Origin: an uncultured Actinomycetota bacterium
GTDB lineage: Bacteria; Actinomycetota; Actinomycetes; JAFAQI01
NCBI GenBank assembly: GCA_963770565.1
Contig: CAVYQE010000002.1
Span: 64,001-128,000, forward strand
Reading direction: 5' to 3'
Length of the DNA stretch: 64,000 bases
The notes beneath the pieces were generated by a model. The model did no database searches, was not told where the DNA came from, and saw nothing but the letters and a program-made list of their open reading frames with translations. This document shows positions 30,556 through 40,377 of this stretch, in pieces; position 1 is the first letter of the stretch; each line of letters opens with the position of its first letter. Made by a program: the position numbers and the translations under genes.

Positions 30556-31140
30556 TCATGACGAACCCTTCGTGAGCAGTCGTTCGACCAGATGGGACAG
30601 GCGGGCGGCAATGGCCTCGGCGGATCCGTCGGGGCTGTCGCTGGGAAGGACGAGGTAGGACACCGTCAACCGGGCGACCGTCTCGGCCGCAAGGGCAACG
30701 TCGGCCGGGTCGAGCTCCGGCCACTGCGCACTCCAGTAGCACTCGATGTTGGACCGGGCCGCGTTGATGATCGCGTCACCGCGAGTCGTGAGGAATGGCA
30801 GCAACTCGCTCGCGTCGTCGGTCAGCACCGCCTTGAGCAGCGGATTGTTCGACGCCTCGCGGATCGTCCACTCGGTCGCTGCCGCGACCGCGTCGCCGGG
30901 TGCGGTCGGGTTGACCTCGTCGAGGATCCGGTTGGTCCCGTCGATGAAGCGCTGCGCCTCCCGCATTGCCAGCGCCTGCGCGAAGGCGTCCTTCGAGCCG
31001 AACTCGTTGTAGAGGGTCTGCCGCGACACCCCGGCCGCCGCCGCGACGTCGAGCATCCGCGCCGACTCCCACTCGCCCGCGACGACCACGTCGTACGCCG
31101 CGTCGAGCAGCGCGTCCCGGGTGCTCCGTGCTTCGGCCAT
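30556..31140 (-). CDS. TetR-family regulator (AlkX-like)
   Basis: DVAAAAGVSRQTLYNEFGSK HTH; SELLPFLTT and ETVARLTVSY C-terminal domain. Confidence 0.9.
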   Translation of the reverse strand: MAEARSTRDALLDAAYDVVVAGEWESARMLDVAAAAGVSRQTLYNEFGSKDAFAQALAMREAQRFIDGTNRILDEVNPTAPGDAVAAATEWTIREASNNPLLKAVLTDDASELLPFLTTRGDAIINAARSNIECYWSAQWPELDPADVALAAETVARLTVSYLVLPSDSPDGSAEAIAARLSHLVERLLTKGSS

Positions 31141-31152
31141 CGCCGCCGATTG

Positions 31153-31177
31153 TTTACACGAACGGCCTTCGTGTCAA
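31153..31177. promoter_or_regulatory. TetR operator overlapping a TTGACA -35 box
   Basis: TTTACACGAA-N5-TTCGTGTCAA inverted repeat (one mismatch) directly upstream of tetR. Confidence 0.65.
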
Positions 31178-31208
31178 TCACCCGAGCGGGCGTCGATAGG
31201 GTCCGAGC

Positions 31209-32009
31209 GTGACCGACTGGACCGCCGACCTGCAGCTTGCGCACGAGCTGGCCGATGCGGCCGACACGCTCACGACGTCGCGGTTCCTCGCCGGCGACCT
31301 GGTCATCGAGAGCAAGCCGGACCTCACCCCGGTCACCGACGCCGACCGTCAGGTCGAACGCGAGATGCGCGAACAGCTCGAGCGAGCGCGCCCCGCCGAC
31401 GCCGTTCACGGCGAGGAGTACGCCGACACCGGCACCGGACCGCGACGATGGGTCATCGACCCGATCGACGGCACGAAGAACTTCGTGCGCGGCGTACCGG
31501 TGTGGGCCACCCTGATCGCGCTCCAGCAGGACGAGCGGACCGTCGTCGGCGTGGTGTCGGCACCCGCGCTCGGCCGGCGGTGGTGGGCGGCGAGCGGCGG
31601 CGGCGCCTGGACCGGGTCGTCCGTCCACGACGCCAGACCGTGCCGAGTGTCACGGGTCGGCGAGCTGGGCGACGCCTACCTCGCCTACTCCTCGCTGTTC
31701 GGCTGGGAGACCCTCGACCGGCTGCCGCAGTTCGTCGAGCTGATGCGCCGGGTCTGGCGGACCAGGGCGTTCGGCGACTTCTGGTCGCACATGATGGTCG
31801 CGGAGGGCGCCGTGGACGTCTCGTGCGAGCCGGAGGTGTTCCTCTGGGACCTCGCCGCGCTGCAGATCGTCGTCACCGAGGCCGGCGGCCGGTTCACCGA
31901 CCTCTCAGGCGTCGATCGCCCCGATGGCGGCAGTGTGGTGTGCAGCAACGGGCTGCTCCACGACGCCATGCTCAGCGCGCTCGCGGCGCCGACGGCCGTA
32001 ACCCGATAG
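31209..32009 (+). CDS. hisN: Histidinol-phosphatase (inositol monophosphatase family)
   Basis: KPDLTPVTDAD, GEE, WVIDPIDGTKNFVRGVPVWATLI, WDLAAL, EAGG. Confidence 0.93.
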   Translation: MTDWTADLQLAHELADAADTLTTSRFLAGDLVIESKPDLTPVTDADRQVEREMREQLERARPADAVHGEEYADTGTGPRRWVIDPIDGTKNFVRGVPVWATLIALQQDERTVVGVVSAPALGRRWWAASGGGAWTGSSVHDARPCRVSRVGELGDAYLAYSSLFGWETLDRLPQFVELMRRVWRTRAFGDFWSHMMVAEGAVDVSCEPEVFLWDLAALQIVVTEAGGRFTDLSGVDRPDGGSVVCSNGLLHDAMLSALAAPTAVTR

Positions 32010-32753
32010 CACCGCATCGATGCGCGGCGCCAGCGCCAGCGCGGCCGCGTCGAAGAAGCCGTAGCCGCCGGCCGCGCCCGACGGCGGGTTGCCCATCGAG
32101 ATCAGGTGCGCGATCGGGTCTCGCACCTGCCAGGTCCAGGTGCCCAGATGCGTGCCGAGCAGCTCCAGGTAAGTCACGACGACGAATGCCCCGATGAACA
32201 CCGTGGGCTGCCGGCCACGAAGCAGGAACCCGGCAAGGCAGCCGAACCACAGGACGCCGAGCACGTCCTGCCGGCCAGACAGGAACAGACCCCAAAACGC
32301 ATACGCCCCGGCAGCTGCCAGCGTCAGCGGGACGAGCACCCTGGCCCGTGACGTGACCGCCGGCGACCGGCCGATCGCCAGCGCTCCGAGGTAGACCAGC
32401 CCGTGGCCGGGCGGGACGAACCACGGCACGTTGTGCAGCCGGTAAATGTAGACGTGGAGCTCGTAGGAGAACGTGTATTCGACCAGCGTCGCGAACGCGA
32501 CGACCACGCCGACCTGGGCTCGGATCCGGAGCGGCTCGCGGGCCAGCAACGCCGCGAGCAGCACCCAGGTGCCGACCCCGAGCCAGCGCTGCGACGCCAG
32601 CGCAGCGCCATGCGCGCCGAGGCTGTGGTCCAGGGTGAGGACCGCGGTGATCCAGACCAGCACCGCGCCGACGATCTGCGCGCTGCGCAGCCGCGGCTGC
32701 GATCGGACCCGCTGCTGCGGTCGGACCCGCTGCGGTGCGGCTAGGTCGAGCAC
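31905..32753 (-). CDS. Conserved integral membrane protein of unknown function
   Basis: About 7 TM segments, YIYRLHNVPWFVPPGHG, ELLGT..GTWTW, GNPPSG; 3' end overlaps hisN. Confidence 0.7.
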   Translation of the reverse strand: MLDLAAPQRVRPQQRVRSQPRLRSAQIVGAVLVWITAVLTLDHSLGAHGAALASQRWLGVGTWVLLAALLAREPLRIRAQVGVVVAFATLVEYTFSYELHVYIYRLHNVPWFVPPGHGLVYLGALAIGRSPAVTSRARVLVPLTLAAAGAYAFWGLFLSGRQDVLGVLWFGCLAGFLLRGRQPTVFIGAFVVVTYLELLGTHLGTWTWQVRDPIAHLISMGNPPSGAAGGYGFFDAAALALAPRIDAVLSGYGRRRRERAEHGVVEQPVAAHHTAAIGAIDA

Positions 32754-32773
32754 CCGTCCAGTATCCGCCGGCA

Positions 32774-33358
32774 CTAGTCGTGCCAGGCGCGGGTGACGCC
32801 TTCGGGATAGACCAGCTCGCGGATCACGCGGGCCGGATTGCCGCCGACGAGGGTGTCGTCCGGTACGTCGCGGGTGACCACCGCTCCGGCGGCCACCAGC
32901 ACCCGGGAGCCGATCGTCACGCCCGGCAGGATGATCGCCCGGGCGCCGATCCACGAGCCGTTCCCGATCCGGATCGGCGCCTCGCGTACGGCACGGCCCT
33001 CGACCCCGTGGCTGTCGCTGTCGGTGAGGTAAGCCTCGTTGGCGATCGCGACGTCGTCGCCGATCGTGATCTCATGCACGCAGGAGATGAAGACCCCGTT
33101 GTTGAGAAACACCCGGTCGCCGATTCGCAGCCGGCCCCACCCGGTCACCAGGGTGTGGCGGTGCGAGGACCAGATCTTGAAGTGGTCGCCGACCGTCATG
33201 TCGGAGGCGTCGACGGTCGGCCGGCCGAGAATGGTGGCCTGGGCGCCGACCGACTTGCAGTGCCGCAGGTGCCAGTCCGCCGCGGCGCGCTGCGTGCCGT
33301 AAGCCCAGTAGAACCTCGCCTCGACGCGGCGGCGGCGCCACTCGGCCTTGAGGTCCAC
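32774..33358 (-). CDS. Hexapeptide-repeat acyltransferase (maltose/galactoside O-acetyltransferase-like)
   Basis: IGDRVFLN, IGNGSWIGARAIILPGVTIG, VGGNPARVIR. Confidence 0.9.
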   Translation of the reverse strand: MDLKAEWRRRRVEARFYWAYGTQRAAADWHLRHCKSVGAQATILGRPTVDASDMTVGDHFKIWSSHRHTLVTGWGRLRIGDRVFLNNGVFISCVHEITIGDDVAIANEAYLTDSDSHGVEGRAVREAPIRIGNGSWIGARAIILPGVTIGSRVLVAAGAVVTRDVPDDTLVGGNPARVIRELVYPEGVTRAWHD

Positions 33359-33368
33359 CGCGCAGACG

Positions 33369-34667
33369 CTAGCGGGCCGCCTCGACCACTTCGAGCACCG
33401 CCTCGGCGGCCGGCTCCGACAGTGGCTCGGGCCTGTGGCCGGACCGCTCGGCCCGGCGAAGCCGGCGCAGCACGAGCCCGCCCAGCAGCGCGGCGACCGC
33501 GCAGGACAGCCCGCCGAGGCCGAGCCCCCAGCGTGGGCCGACGTACTGTGCGACCGCGCCCGTCACCGGCCCGCCGATCGGCGTCGAGCCGAGGAATGCG
33601 ACCGCCCAGAGGGCCATCACCCGACCGCGCATCTGCGGCGCGGCGGCGAGCTGCAGGGTGCTGTTCCCCTTGGACAGGAACGTCACACTCGCGGCGCCGA
33701 CGCCGGCCAGCGCGACCAGCTCGACCGTGAGGTTGGGCGCAAGTGCCGCGGCCGCGATCACCACGGTGAAGATCACACACGACCGGGTCAGTGAGGCGAG
33801 CCCGGTCTTGCCGCGCCCGGCTGCATAGAGCCCGCCGACGACAGCGCCGATGCCCATCGACGCGGTCATGAACCCGTACGCCTGCGAGCCGCCGTGGAAG
33901 GCGCGGGTCGCCATGACCGGCAAGGTCACCTGGAACTCATACGCCAGGCACCCGACGATCGCCATCATCACCAACGGGATGAGCAGCCCGACCTCGTTCC
34001 TCACGTAGCGGACGCCCTCCCGGAGCTGGCCCTTGGCGCGCACGGCGGGGGTCGACGGCGACAGCGTGCTGGTGTCCATCTTCAGCAATGACGCGACCAC
34101 GGCAACGAAGCTCGCCGCGTTGACGATGAAGCAGACGCCGTATCCGCCGGCCGCGATGATGATGCCGGCGGCGGCCGGGCCGACCGCCCGCGCGACGTTG
34201 ACCAGCACCGAGTTCAACGTGACGGCGTTGCGGAGGTCCTTGGGGCCGACCATCTCCAGCACGAAGGTCTGGCGGGCCGGGTTCTCGAAGGTGTTGTTGA
34301 GACCGAGGATCACCGCGAGCACGCAGATCTGCCAGAGCGTGATCAGGTGGGTGAGCGTCAGGATGCCGAAGACGAGCGCCTGCACTCCCATCAGCGACTG
34401 CAGGATGATCATCAGCCGCCGCTTGTCGACCCGGTCGGCGACCACGCCGCCGTACGGGCCGAGCAGCAACACCGGCAGCGTCTGCAGCGCGACCACCAGC
34501 CCGACGTCGAAGCCGGAGCCGGTGATGTGCAGCACCAGGAACGACTGCGCGATGGTTTGCATCCAGGTCCCGACCAGCGAAGTGGCCTGGCCGTAGAAAT
34601 ACAGCTTGTAGTTCGGGTTGCCCAGCGAGGCGAAGGTGTCTCGGCGCAGCCGCTGGATCCGGGTCAT
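33369..34667 (-). CDS. MFS transporter (MFS_3/DHA3-like)
   Basis: GTWMQ, GGVVADRVDKRR, ARAVGPA, MRGRVMAL; 12 TM segments. Confidence 0.9.
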   Translation of the reverse strand: MTRIQRLRRDTFASLGNPNYKLYFYGQATSLVGTWMQTIAQSFLVLHITGSGFDVGLVVALQTLPVLLLGPYGGVVADRVDKRRLMIILQSLMGVQALVFGILTLTHLITLWQICVLAVILGLNNTFENPARQTFVLEMVGPKDLRNAVTLNSVLVNVARAVGPAAAGIIIAAGGYGVCFIVNAASFVAVVASLLKMDTSTLSPSTPAVRAKGQLREGVRYVRNEVGLLIPLVMMAIVGCLAYEFQVTLPVMATRAFHGGSQAYGFMTASMGIGAVVGGLYAAGRGKTGLASLTRSCVIFTVVIAAAALAPNLTVELVALAGVGAASVTFLSKGNSTLQLAAAPQMRGRVMALWAVAFLGSTPIGGPVTGAVAQYVGPRWGLGLGGLSCAVAALLGGLVLRRLRRAERSGHRPEPLSEPAAEAVLEVVEAAR

Positions 34668-35134
34668 GAGGCCGATCCGTCAGGACGCGCGAGGGCATTG
34701 ACCAGAGCCTCGAGCGCGGGCAGCGCGGCCTCGACCGCGACGACGTCCTCAGGGCTCAGCCGTTCGAGCCCGGTCATCAGCACCCGACCCCGCTCCGCGC
34801 GCAGCCGGTCATGGGTACGCCGGCCGCTGGCGGTCACCTCGAGCAAGCCGGCTCGCCGGTCTTCCGGGTCGGTCCGCCGCCTGATCAGGCCGGCCTCGTC
34901 CAGCGCTGCCACGACCCGGCTGAGCATGGTCGGGTTGACGCTCTCGATCTCAGCCAGCTCGGACAACCGCAACGGGCCCTGCCGGGCGACCACGCCGAGC
35001 GCGGACAACTGTGCGGGCGTCAGGCCGGAACCGCGAGTGAGGGCGTTGAACCGCCGGGCCAGCTTGCCGATCACCGCGCGCAGCCGGGCCGGGGTCTCGG
35101 CGTCCACGGTGGTCGGCGTCAGCGCGGTTGGCAT
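34664..35134 (-). CDS. MarR-family regulator
   Basis: GLTPAQLSAL, LSELAEIE, DPEDRRA, TASGR; TATACT -10 six nt before ATG. Confidence 0.92.
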   Translation of the reverse strand: MPTALTPTTVDAETPARLRAVIGKLARRFNALTRGSGLTPAQLSALGVVARQGPLRLSELAEIESVNPTMLSRVVAALDEAGLIRRRTDPEDRRAGLLEVTASGRRTHDRLRAERGRVLMTGLERLSPEDVVAVEAALPALEALVNALARPDGSAS

Positions 35135-35151
35135 GGTCGCAGTATATATAG

Positions 35152-35169
35152 TTGCCTGCTAGCACGCAA
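35152..35169. promoter_or_regulatory. MarR operator candidate
   Basis: TTGCCTGCTAGCACGCAA, a near-perfect 18-bp palindrome immediately upstream of the marR -10 box. Confidence 0.6.
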
Positions 35170-35240
35170 ATTGTTGTGACGTGTCGCATGCGACCACGTT
35201 CACCCCTCGCCCGGAGCCCGAACGGGCGTAAGGTTCACGA

Positions 35241-36620
35241 GTGGATCAAGCAGCCCGGCTCGCGGACTACCACGCCCGGGTCGACGCCCTGCGGGACGCG
35301 CTGCTGACGCTGCCCACCGATGCGCCGGTCCGGTTGCGCAAGTCGCGCGAGACCTCCAACCTCTTCCGGTCGCGAGATGGCGCCCATCGCGCCCTCGATG
35401 CCGACGGGTTCACCGGCGTTCTCAGCATCGACACCGCCAACCACACCGCCGACGTGCTGGCGATGACGACGTACGACGACCTGGTGGCAGCAACCCTGCC
35501 GTACGGCCTGATCCCGCTGGTCGTCCCGCAACTCAAGACGATCACGCTCGGCGGCGCGGTCACCGGGCTCGGGATCGAAGCGTCGTCGTTCCGCAACGGC
35601 TGCCCGCACGAGTCCGTGATCGAGATGGACGTGCTCACCGGCGACGGCCGCGTCGTCACCGCGACCCGCAGCAACGAGCATCGCGACCTGTTCTTCGGCT
35701 TTCCGAACTCCTACGGCACGCTCGGCTATGCGCTCCGACTGCGGATCGAGCTCGAGCCTGTGACGCCATACATCCACCTGCGGCACATCCGGTTCGACGG
35801 AGTCGGCGCGTGCGCACAGGCCATCACCGAGGTCTGCGCGAGCCGGGAGTGGGACGGCGAGCAGGTCGATTTCGTCGACGGCACCTGGTTCAGCCCGGCC
35901 GAGTGCTACCTCACCCTCGCGTCCTACTCCCCGACCGCGCCGTCCGCGTCGAACTACACCGGCCAGCAGATCTACTACCGCTCCATCCAGGAGCGCAGCG
36001 AGGACTGGCTCACCACCCGCGACTACCTGTGGCGCTGGGACACCGACTGGTTCTGGTGCTCGCGCGCGTTCGGCGCGCAGAACCCGCGGATCCGCCGGTT
36101 CTGGCCGGCCCGCTGGCGGCGGTCGGACGTCTACTGGAAGCTGATCGCCCTCGAGACCCGGTACGGCGTCAAGCGGCGGATCGACCAGCGCAACGGCAAA
36201 CCCGACGAAGAGCGGGTCATCCAGGACGTCGAGATCTCGGTGGACCATCTGGCCGAGTTCATCGACTTCCTCAACGCCCGCACCGGGATCGAGCCGGTAT
36301 GGATGTGCCCACTGAAGCAGCGCGATCCCGCCGCACACTGGGATCTCTACGCCCTTGACCCGGCCACGCTGTATGTCAACGTCGGCTTCTGGTCGACCGC
36401 CCCACTGCCTCCCGGCGAGCACGACGGCTACCACAACCGGGCCATCGAGGAGAAGGTCGCCGAGCTCGGCGGGCGAAAGTCGTTGTATTCCACCGCGTTC
36501 TATCCTGAAGATGAGTTCTGGGCGACTTACGGCGGCGAGGTCTACACGCTGCTCAAGAAGACCTACGATCCCAATGGTCGCCTGCTGAACCTCTACGACA
36601 AGACCGTCAAACGTCGATAG
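35241..36620 (+). CDS. FAD-binding oxidoreductase (Rv3719/TmsA/BfaA-like methylene-lipid reductase)
   Basis: TSNLFR, VPQLKTITLGGAVTGLGIEASSFRNG, FPNSYGTLGY, YLWRWDTDWFWCS, KSLYS; paired with a cfa-like gene. Confidence 0.85.
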   Translation: MDQAARLADYHARVDALRDALLTLPTDAPVRLRKSRETSNLFRSRDGAHRALDADGFTGVLSIDTANHTADVLAMTTYDDLVAATLPYGLIPLVVPQLKTITLGGAVTGLGIEASSFRNGCPHESVIEMDVLTGDGRVVTATRSNEHRDLFFGFPNSYGTLGYALRLRIELEPVTPYIHLRHIRFDGVGACAQAITEVCASREWDGEQVDFVDGTWFSPAECYLTLASYSPTAPSASNYTGQQIYYRSIQERSEDWLTTRDYLWRWDTDWFWCSRAFGAQNPRIRRFWPARWRRSDVYWKLIALETRYGVKRRIDQRNGKPDEERVIQDVEISVDHLAEFIDFLNARTGIEPVWMCPLKQRDPAAHWDLYALDPATLYVNVGFWSTAPLPPGEHDGYHNRAIEEKVAELGGRKSLYSTAFYPEDEFWATYGGEVYTLLKKTYDPNGRLLNLYDKTVKRR

Positions 36621-36646
36621 CGTTTCGAGTTCACCCCCGGGGAGAA

Positions 36647-37903
36647 GTGATGCCGCGCAAGCCGATCGCACAGGTCGTTGCCAACGCTCTCGGCCACCCT
36701 GACCTGCGCATCTCCGCGTACGACGGGAGCGCTACGGGTCCGGCCGACTCCTCGGTCAGCACCCATCTGTCGTCTCCTGCCGCCCTGTCCTACCTGATCA
36801 CCGCGCCGAGCTCGCTGGGTCTGGCGCGCGCGTTCGTCAGTGGCGAGCTCGAGATCGAGGGCGACCTCTACACCGCGTTGTCGATGCTGTGGAGCGACCG
36901 GATCGGCCGGCTGTCGTGGGCGGATCGGCTCGACGTGTTGCGCAACCTCGACCCCGCCGCGATCCGCTGGGTCGAGCCTCCTACCGAGGAGTTCGGCGCG
37001 CGCCGCCTGCAATACGGCTTCCGGCACTCGAAGGCCCGCGACGCGGAGGCGATCAGCCACCACTACGACGTGTCGAACAACTTCTACTCATGGGTGCTCG
37101 GGCCGTCGATGACCTACACCTGCGCCTGCTACCCCGAGGACGCCTCGACCTTGGAGGAGGCGCAGGCACACAAGTACGACCTGGTCGCCCGCAAGCTCAA
37201 CCTGCAGCCCGGCATGCGACTGCTCGACGTCGGCTGCGGATGGGGCGGAATGGTCCGGCACGCCGCGAAGCACTACGGCGTACATGCCCTCGGTGTCACG
37301 CTGTCGCGCCAGCAGGCCGAGTGGGGCGCGAAGGCGATCGCCGAGGACGGCCTCACCGGCACGGCCGAGATCCGGTTCTCCGACTACCGGGACGTCCGCG
37401 AGCGTGACTTCGACGCGGTGTCCTCGATCGGGCTGACCGAGCACATCGGCGCCTCGAACCTCGGTGCCTACTTCCGCTTCCTGCGTTCCAAGCTGCGGCC
37501 CGAGGGTCGCCTGCTCAACCACTGCATCACCCGCCCGACGACGACCGAGCGGGTCCACATCCGTGGCTTCATCGACCGCTACGTCTTCCCCGACGGCGAG
37601 CTCGAGGGCGCCGGACGGATCATCTCCGCGATGCAGGACAACGGGTTGGAGGTCCGGCACGAGGAGAACCTCCGCGAGCACTACGCGCGCACGCTGCATG
37701 CGTGGTGCGACAACCTCAACGACAACTGGGACGCCGCGGTGCGCGAGGTCGGGCTCGGCCGGGCCAAGGTCTGGGCGTTGTACATGGCGGGTTCGCGGCT
37801 CGGTTTCGAGCGCCGCACGATCGAGCTGCACCAGGTGCTCGGCGTGCGGGTGGCCGACAACGGCGAGTCCGGAATGCCGCTTCGCCCCGACTGGGGCGTG
37901 TAG
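36647..37903 (+). CDS. cfa: SAM-dependent fatty-acyl-phospholipid methyltransferase (Cfa/TmsB/BfaB-like)
   Basis: ISHHYDVSN, SMTYTCA, LLDVGCGWG, SIGLTEH, FIDRYVFPDGEL, HYARTL. Confidence 0.9.
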   Translation: MMPRKPIAQVVANALGHPDLRISAYDGSATGPADSSVSTHLSSPAALSYLITAPSSLGLARAFVSGELEIEGDLYTALSMLWSDRIGRLSWADRLDVLRNLDPAAIRWVEPPTEEFGARRLQYGFRHSKARDAEAISHHYDVSNNFYSWVLGPSMTYTCACYPEDASTLEEAQAHKYDLVARKLNLQPGMRLLDVGCGWGGMVRHAAKHYGVHALGVTLSRQQAEWGAKAIAEDGLTGTAEIRFSDYRDVRERDFDAVSSIGLTEHIGASNLGAYFRFLRSKLRPEGRLLNHCITRPTTTERVHIRGFIDRYVFPDGELEGAGRIISAMQDNGLEVRHEENLREHYARTLHAWCDNLNDNWDAAVREVGLGRAKVWALYMAGSRLGFERRTIELHQVLGVRVADNGESGMPLRPDWGV

Positions 37904-37948
37904 GCAGAGCCCCGACTGGGGCGTGTAGGCAGAGCCCCGACTGGGGCG
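37884..37948. repeat. 25-bp tandem repeat (about 2.6 units) of the cfa 3' end, each with a GCCCC-GACT-GGGGC hairpin
   Basis: GCCCCGACTGGGGCGTGTAGGCAGA at 37884, 37909 and (partial) 37934. Confidence 0.9.
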
Positions 37949-37949
37949 C

Positions 37950-40274
37950 CTAACGTCCAGGCTGCGACCCGGCTTCCGCGGCCTCGAGGTCGAGGTGGCG
38001 GTCGTGCAGGTCGCTCGGCCACCAGTTCCACTTGCCGAGGATCGCGACGGTCGACGGCACGAGCAGCGTCCGCACGAGGAAGGTGTCCATCAGGATGCCG
38101 ATCGCCAGGCCCGCACCGAGATCGGTGAACTGCTCGCCACCCGGAGTCTGCGAGCCGACGACCGCGAACACCGCGAACGTCCCGGCCAGCACAAGCCCCG
38201 CGCTGGTGACCGTCGATCCGGTGATTCCCACGGCGTGGCGTACCGCGGTCCGCAACGGCACTTCGTGCGCCTCCTCGCGGATCCGGGTCATCACGAGGAT
38301 GTTGTAGTCCTCACCCAGCGCGAGCAGGAACAGGAACATCAAGAACGGCAACAGGAACGTCAGCCCGTCGCTGCCGGCGATGCCCTGAAAGATGATCACG
38401 CAGAGGCCGAGGGCAGCAAGGTAGGACAGCGCGACGGAGATGATCAGATACAGCGGCGCCACCAAGCTGCGCATGACCACCGCGAGCAGGAAGCCGATGA
38501 TGAGGATCGCGATCGGAATGACGGTCCGCAGGTCGTGGTCCGAGGTCGCGGAGATGTCGTAGATCGCCGGTGCCTCACCGCCGACGGCTGACGCCGATGC
38601 GTGCACTTGGTCACCGACTTCGGTGACCACCCTCCGGACCTGCGGGACGACGCTGAGCGCCTTCGTGCTCGCGGGGTCACCGACAGTGAGGCTGGCGAGG
38701 TACTGCACGGTCTCGCCGTTGCTGCTGACGTAGTTCGCCTCGGCTCGATAAAGCGCGTAATCGAGGTCGGACATCTTGACACTCGCGGGCTTGACCGCCG
38801 GCAGCTTGCGCGGGTCACCGTTGGACACGAGTGCCGCAAGCTCGCTGTGCAGCCGCTGGTACGCCGCGCCGCCGAGCGTCGCGCCGTTGGGGTTGGTCGG
38901 GCCGGTGACCTCGTTGAACACGGTCGCCTTGGAGAGCAACTGTTGGGCCTGATCGAGCTCGGCCGGCGTCGTCCAGACCGGCTGACTGAACCGGAAGATC
39001 ACGTTGGTCGGGTTGGCAGCCGCCTTCGGGAAGTGATCGTTGAGCACGGAGTCGCCGGCCCGCGCGTCGGTACCCTTCGGGGCGGCGACGGTACTGCCGA
39101 AACCAGCCGGGGTGTAGGCGAGAACGGCCAGCGCGAGCCCACCGAACACCACAAGGCCCACCCCTAGGGTCAACGCCGGTCGCGCGATCACCCGCCCGGC
39201 CACGCGCCCCCACAGCGGTGTCTTCGCGTCGGGCTCGGGCTTCAGCTTGACCGGCCAGAACACCGCGCGGCCGAAGATCGCAAGCAGGGCTGGCAGCAAC
39301 GTCAATCCGGCGAGCAGCATCAAGAAGATCGCGATCGCCAGCGGAGCGCCAAGGCTCGAGTAGATGCCGAAGGTCGCCGCCAGCAGGCTGAGCAGGGCCG
39401 CGATGACGGTGCCCGCGGAGAAGGTGATGGACTCCCCGACCCGCTCGACCGCCCGCACAATCGCGTCCTGTGGCGGCAGCCCGGACCGGATCTCCTCCCG
39501 CACCCGGAAGATCAAGAAGAGCGCATAGTCGGTGCCGGCGCCGAGCACCAGGATGATCAGCATGATCTGGGACAGCGACGAGACCTGCAAGCCGGCGTGG
39601 GTGAGCTCGGCGACCACTCGACCGGCGAATTGACTGATCAGCAACGCCGGCAGCAGCGTGATGAGTGGCGCGAGCGGTGACCGAAAGATGATGATCAGCA
39701 GGATCAGGATGAACACGACCGACAGCAGCTGGACCTGTTCGGCAGTGTTGCCGGACTTCGCCTCCTGATCGATCTGGTCCGCCAGCATCCCCGCGACGTT
39801 GGTCTGCACCCCCGGCGGCGGGTGCAGCGTGCGAATCGCCGCCCGCAGGTCGTCGACCAGTTTCTTGGAGGGCCCATCCTGCCCGAGGTTGATGTCGGAC
39901 AGGGTCTGGATCTGGTTGGCGACGCCGTCCGGCGAAGTGCCAAGGTCCCGCACCTGCTTGACGGCTGGCACCTTGCCCAAGACGGCGATCAACTGCTCGA
40001 CGTACGGGACGTCACTCGCCGTCAGTTTGCCGGTCGTGCTCGACACCACCACCGGAACCGGCGTGAAGTTGGAGTTCTGCAAGGGCGAGGCCAGGTTGCT
40101 CGCGAGAGTGCTGGGCGAGTTCTTCGGCAGGAAGTCCGAGTTGTTGGCCTTCACCACGCTTGTCAGCGAAGGGAAGACCGCGAACGACCCGAAGATCGCG
40201 ACCAACCAGCCCAGGAGCACCAACCATCGGAACCGGACGGTGAATCGGCCGAGCGCTGAGTAGGCGGCGTGCAT
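37950..40274 (-). CDS. MMPL (RND-family) lipid transporter
   Basis: GAGTDYALFLIFRVREE and ALGEDYNILVMTRIREE (both DY motifs), DTFLVRTLLVP, NWWP. Confidence 0.93.
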   Translation of the reverse strand: MHAAYSALGRFTVRFRWLVLLGWLVAIFGSFAVFPSLTSVVKANNSDFLPKNSPSTLASNLASPLQNSNFTPVPVVVSSTTGKLTASDVPYVEQLIAVLGKVPAVKQVRDLGTSPDGVANQIQTLSDINLGQDGPSKKLVDDLRAAIRTLHPPPGVQTNVAGMLADQIDQEAKSGNTAEQVQLLSVVFILILLIIIFRSPLAPLITLLPALLISQFAGRVVAELTHAGLQVSSLSQIMLIILVLGAGTDYALFLIFRVREEIRSGLPPQDAIVRAVERVGESITFSAGTVIAALLSLLAATFGIYSSLGAPLAIAIFLMLLAGLTLLPALLAIFGRAVFWPVKLKPEPDAKTPLWGRVAGRVIARPALTLGVGLVVFGGLALAVLAYTPAGFGSTVAAPKGTDARAGDSVLNDHFPKAAANPTNVIFRFSQPVWTTPAELDQAQQLLSKATVFNEVTGPTNPNGATLGGAAYQRLHSELAALVSNGDPRKLPAVKPASVKMSDLDYALYRAEANYVSSNGETVQYLASLTVGDPASTKALSVVPQVRRVVTEVGDQVHASASAVGGEAPAIYDISATSDHDLRTVIPIAILIIGFLLAVVMRSLVAPLYLIISVALSYLAALGLCVIIFQGIAGSDGLTFLLPFLMFLFLLALGEDYNILVMTRIREEAHEVPLRTAVRHAVGITGSTVTSAGLVLAGTFAVFAVVGSQTPGGEQFTDLGAGLAIGILMDTFLVRTLLVPSTVAILGKWNWWPSDLHDRHLDLEAAEAGSQPGR

Positions 40275-40377
40275 TCGGTCGAGACCCTCCAGAGTGCTTG
40301 CTAGTAGCAACCATTCTTGCAAGCGATCGACCCGGCGATGCATCGGCCCTTGGACCGGCGGTCGGGGATGCGGTGAC

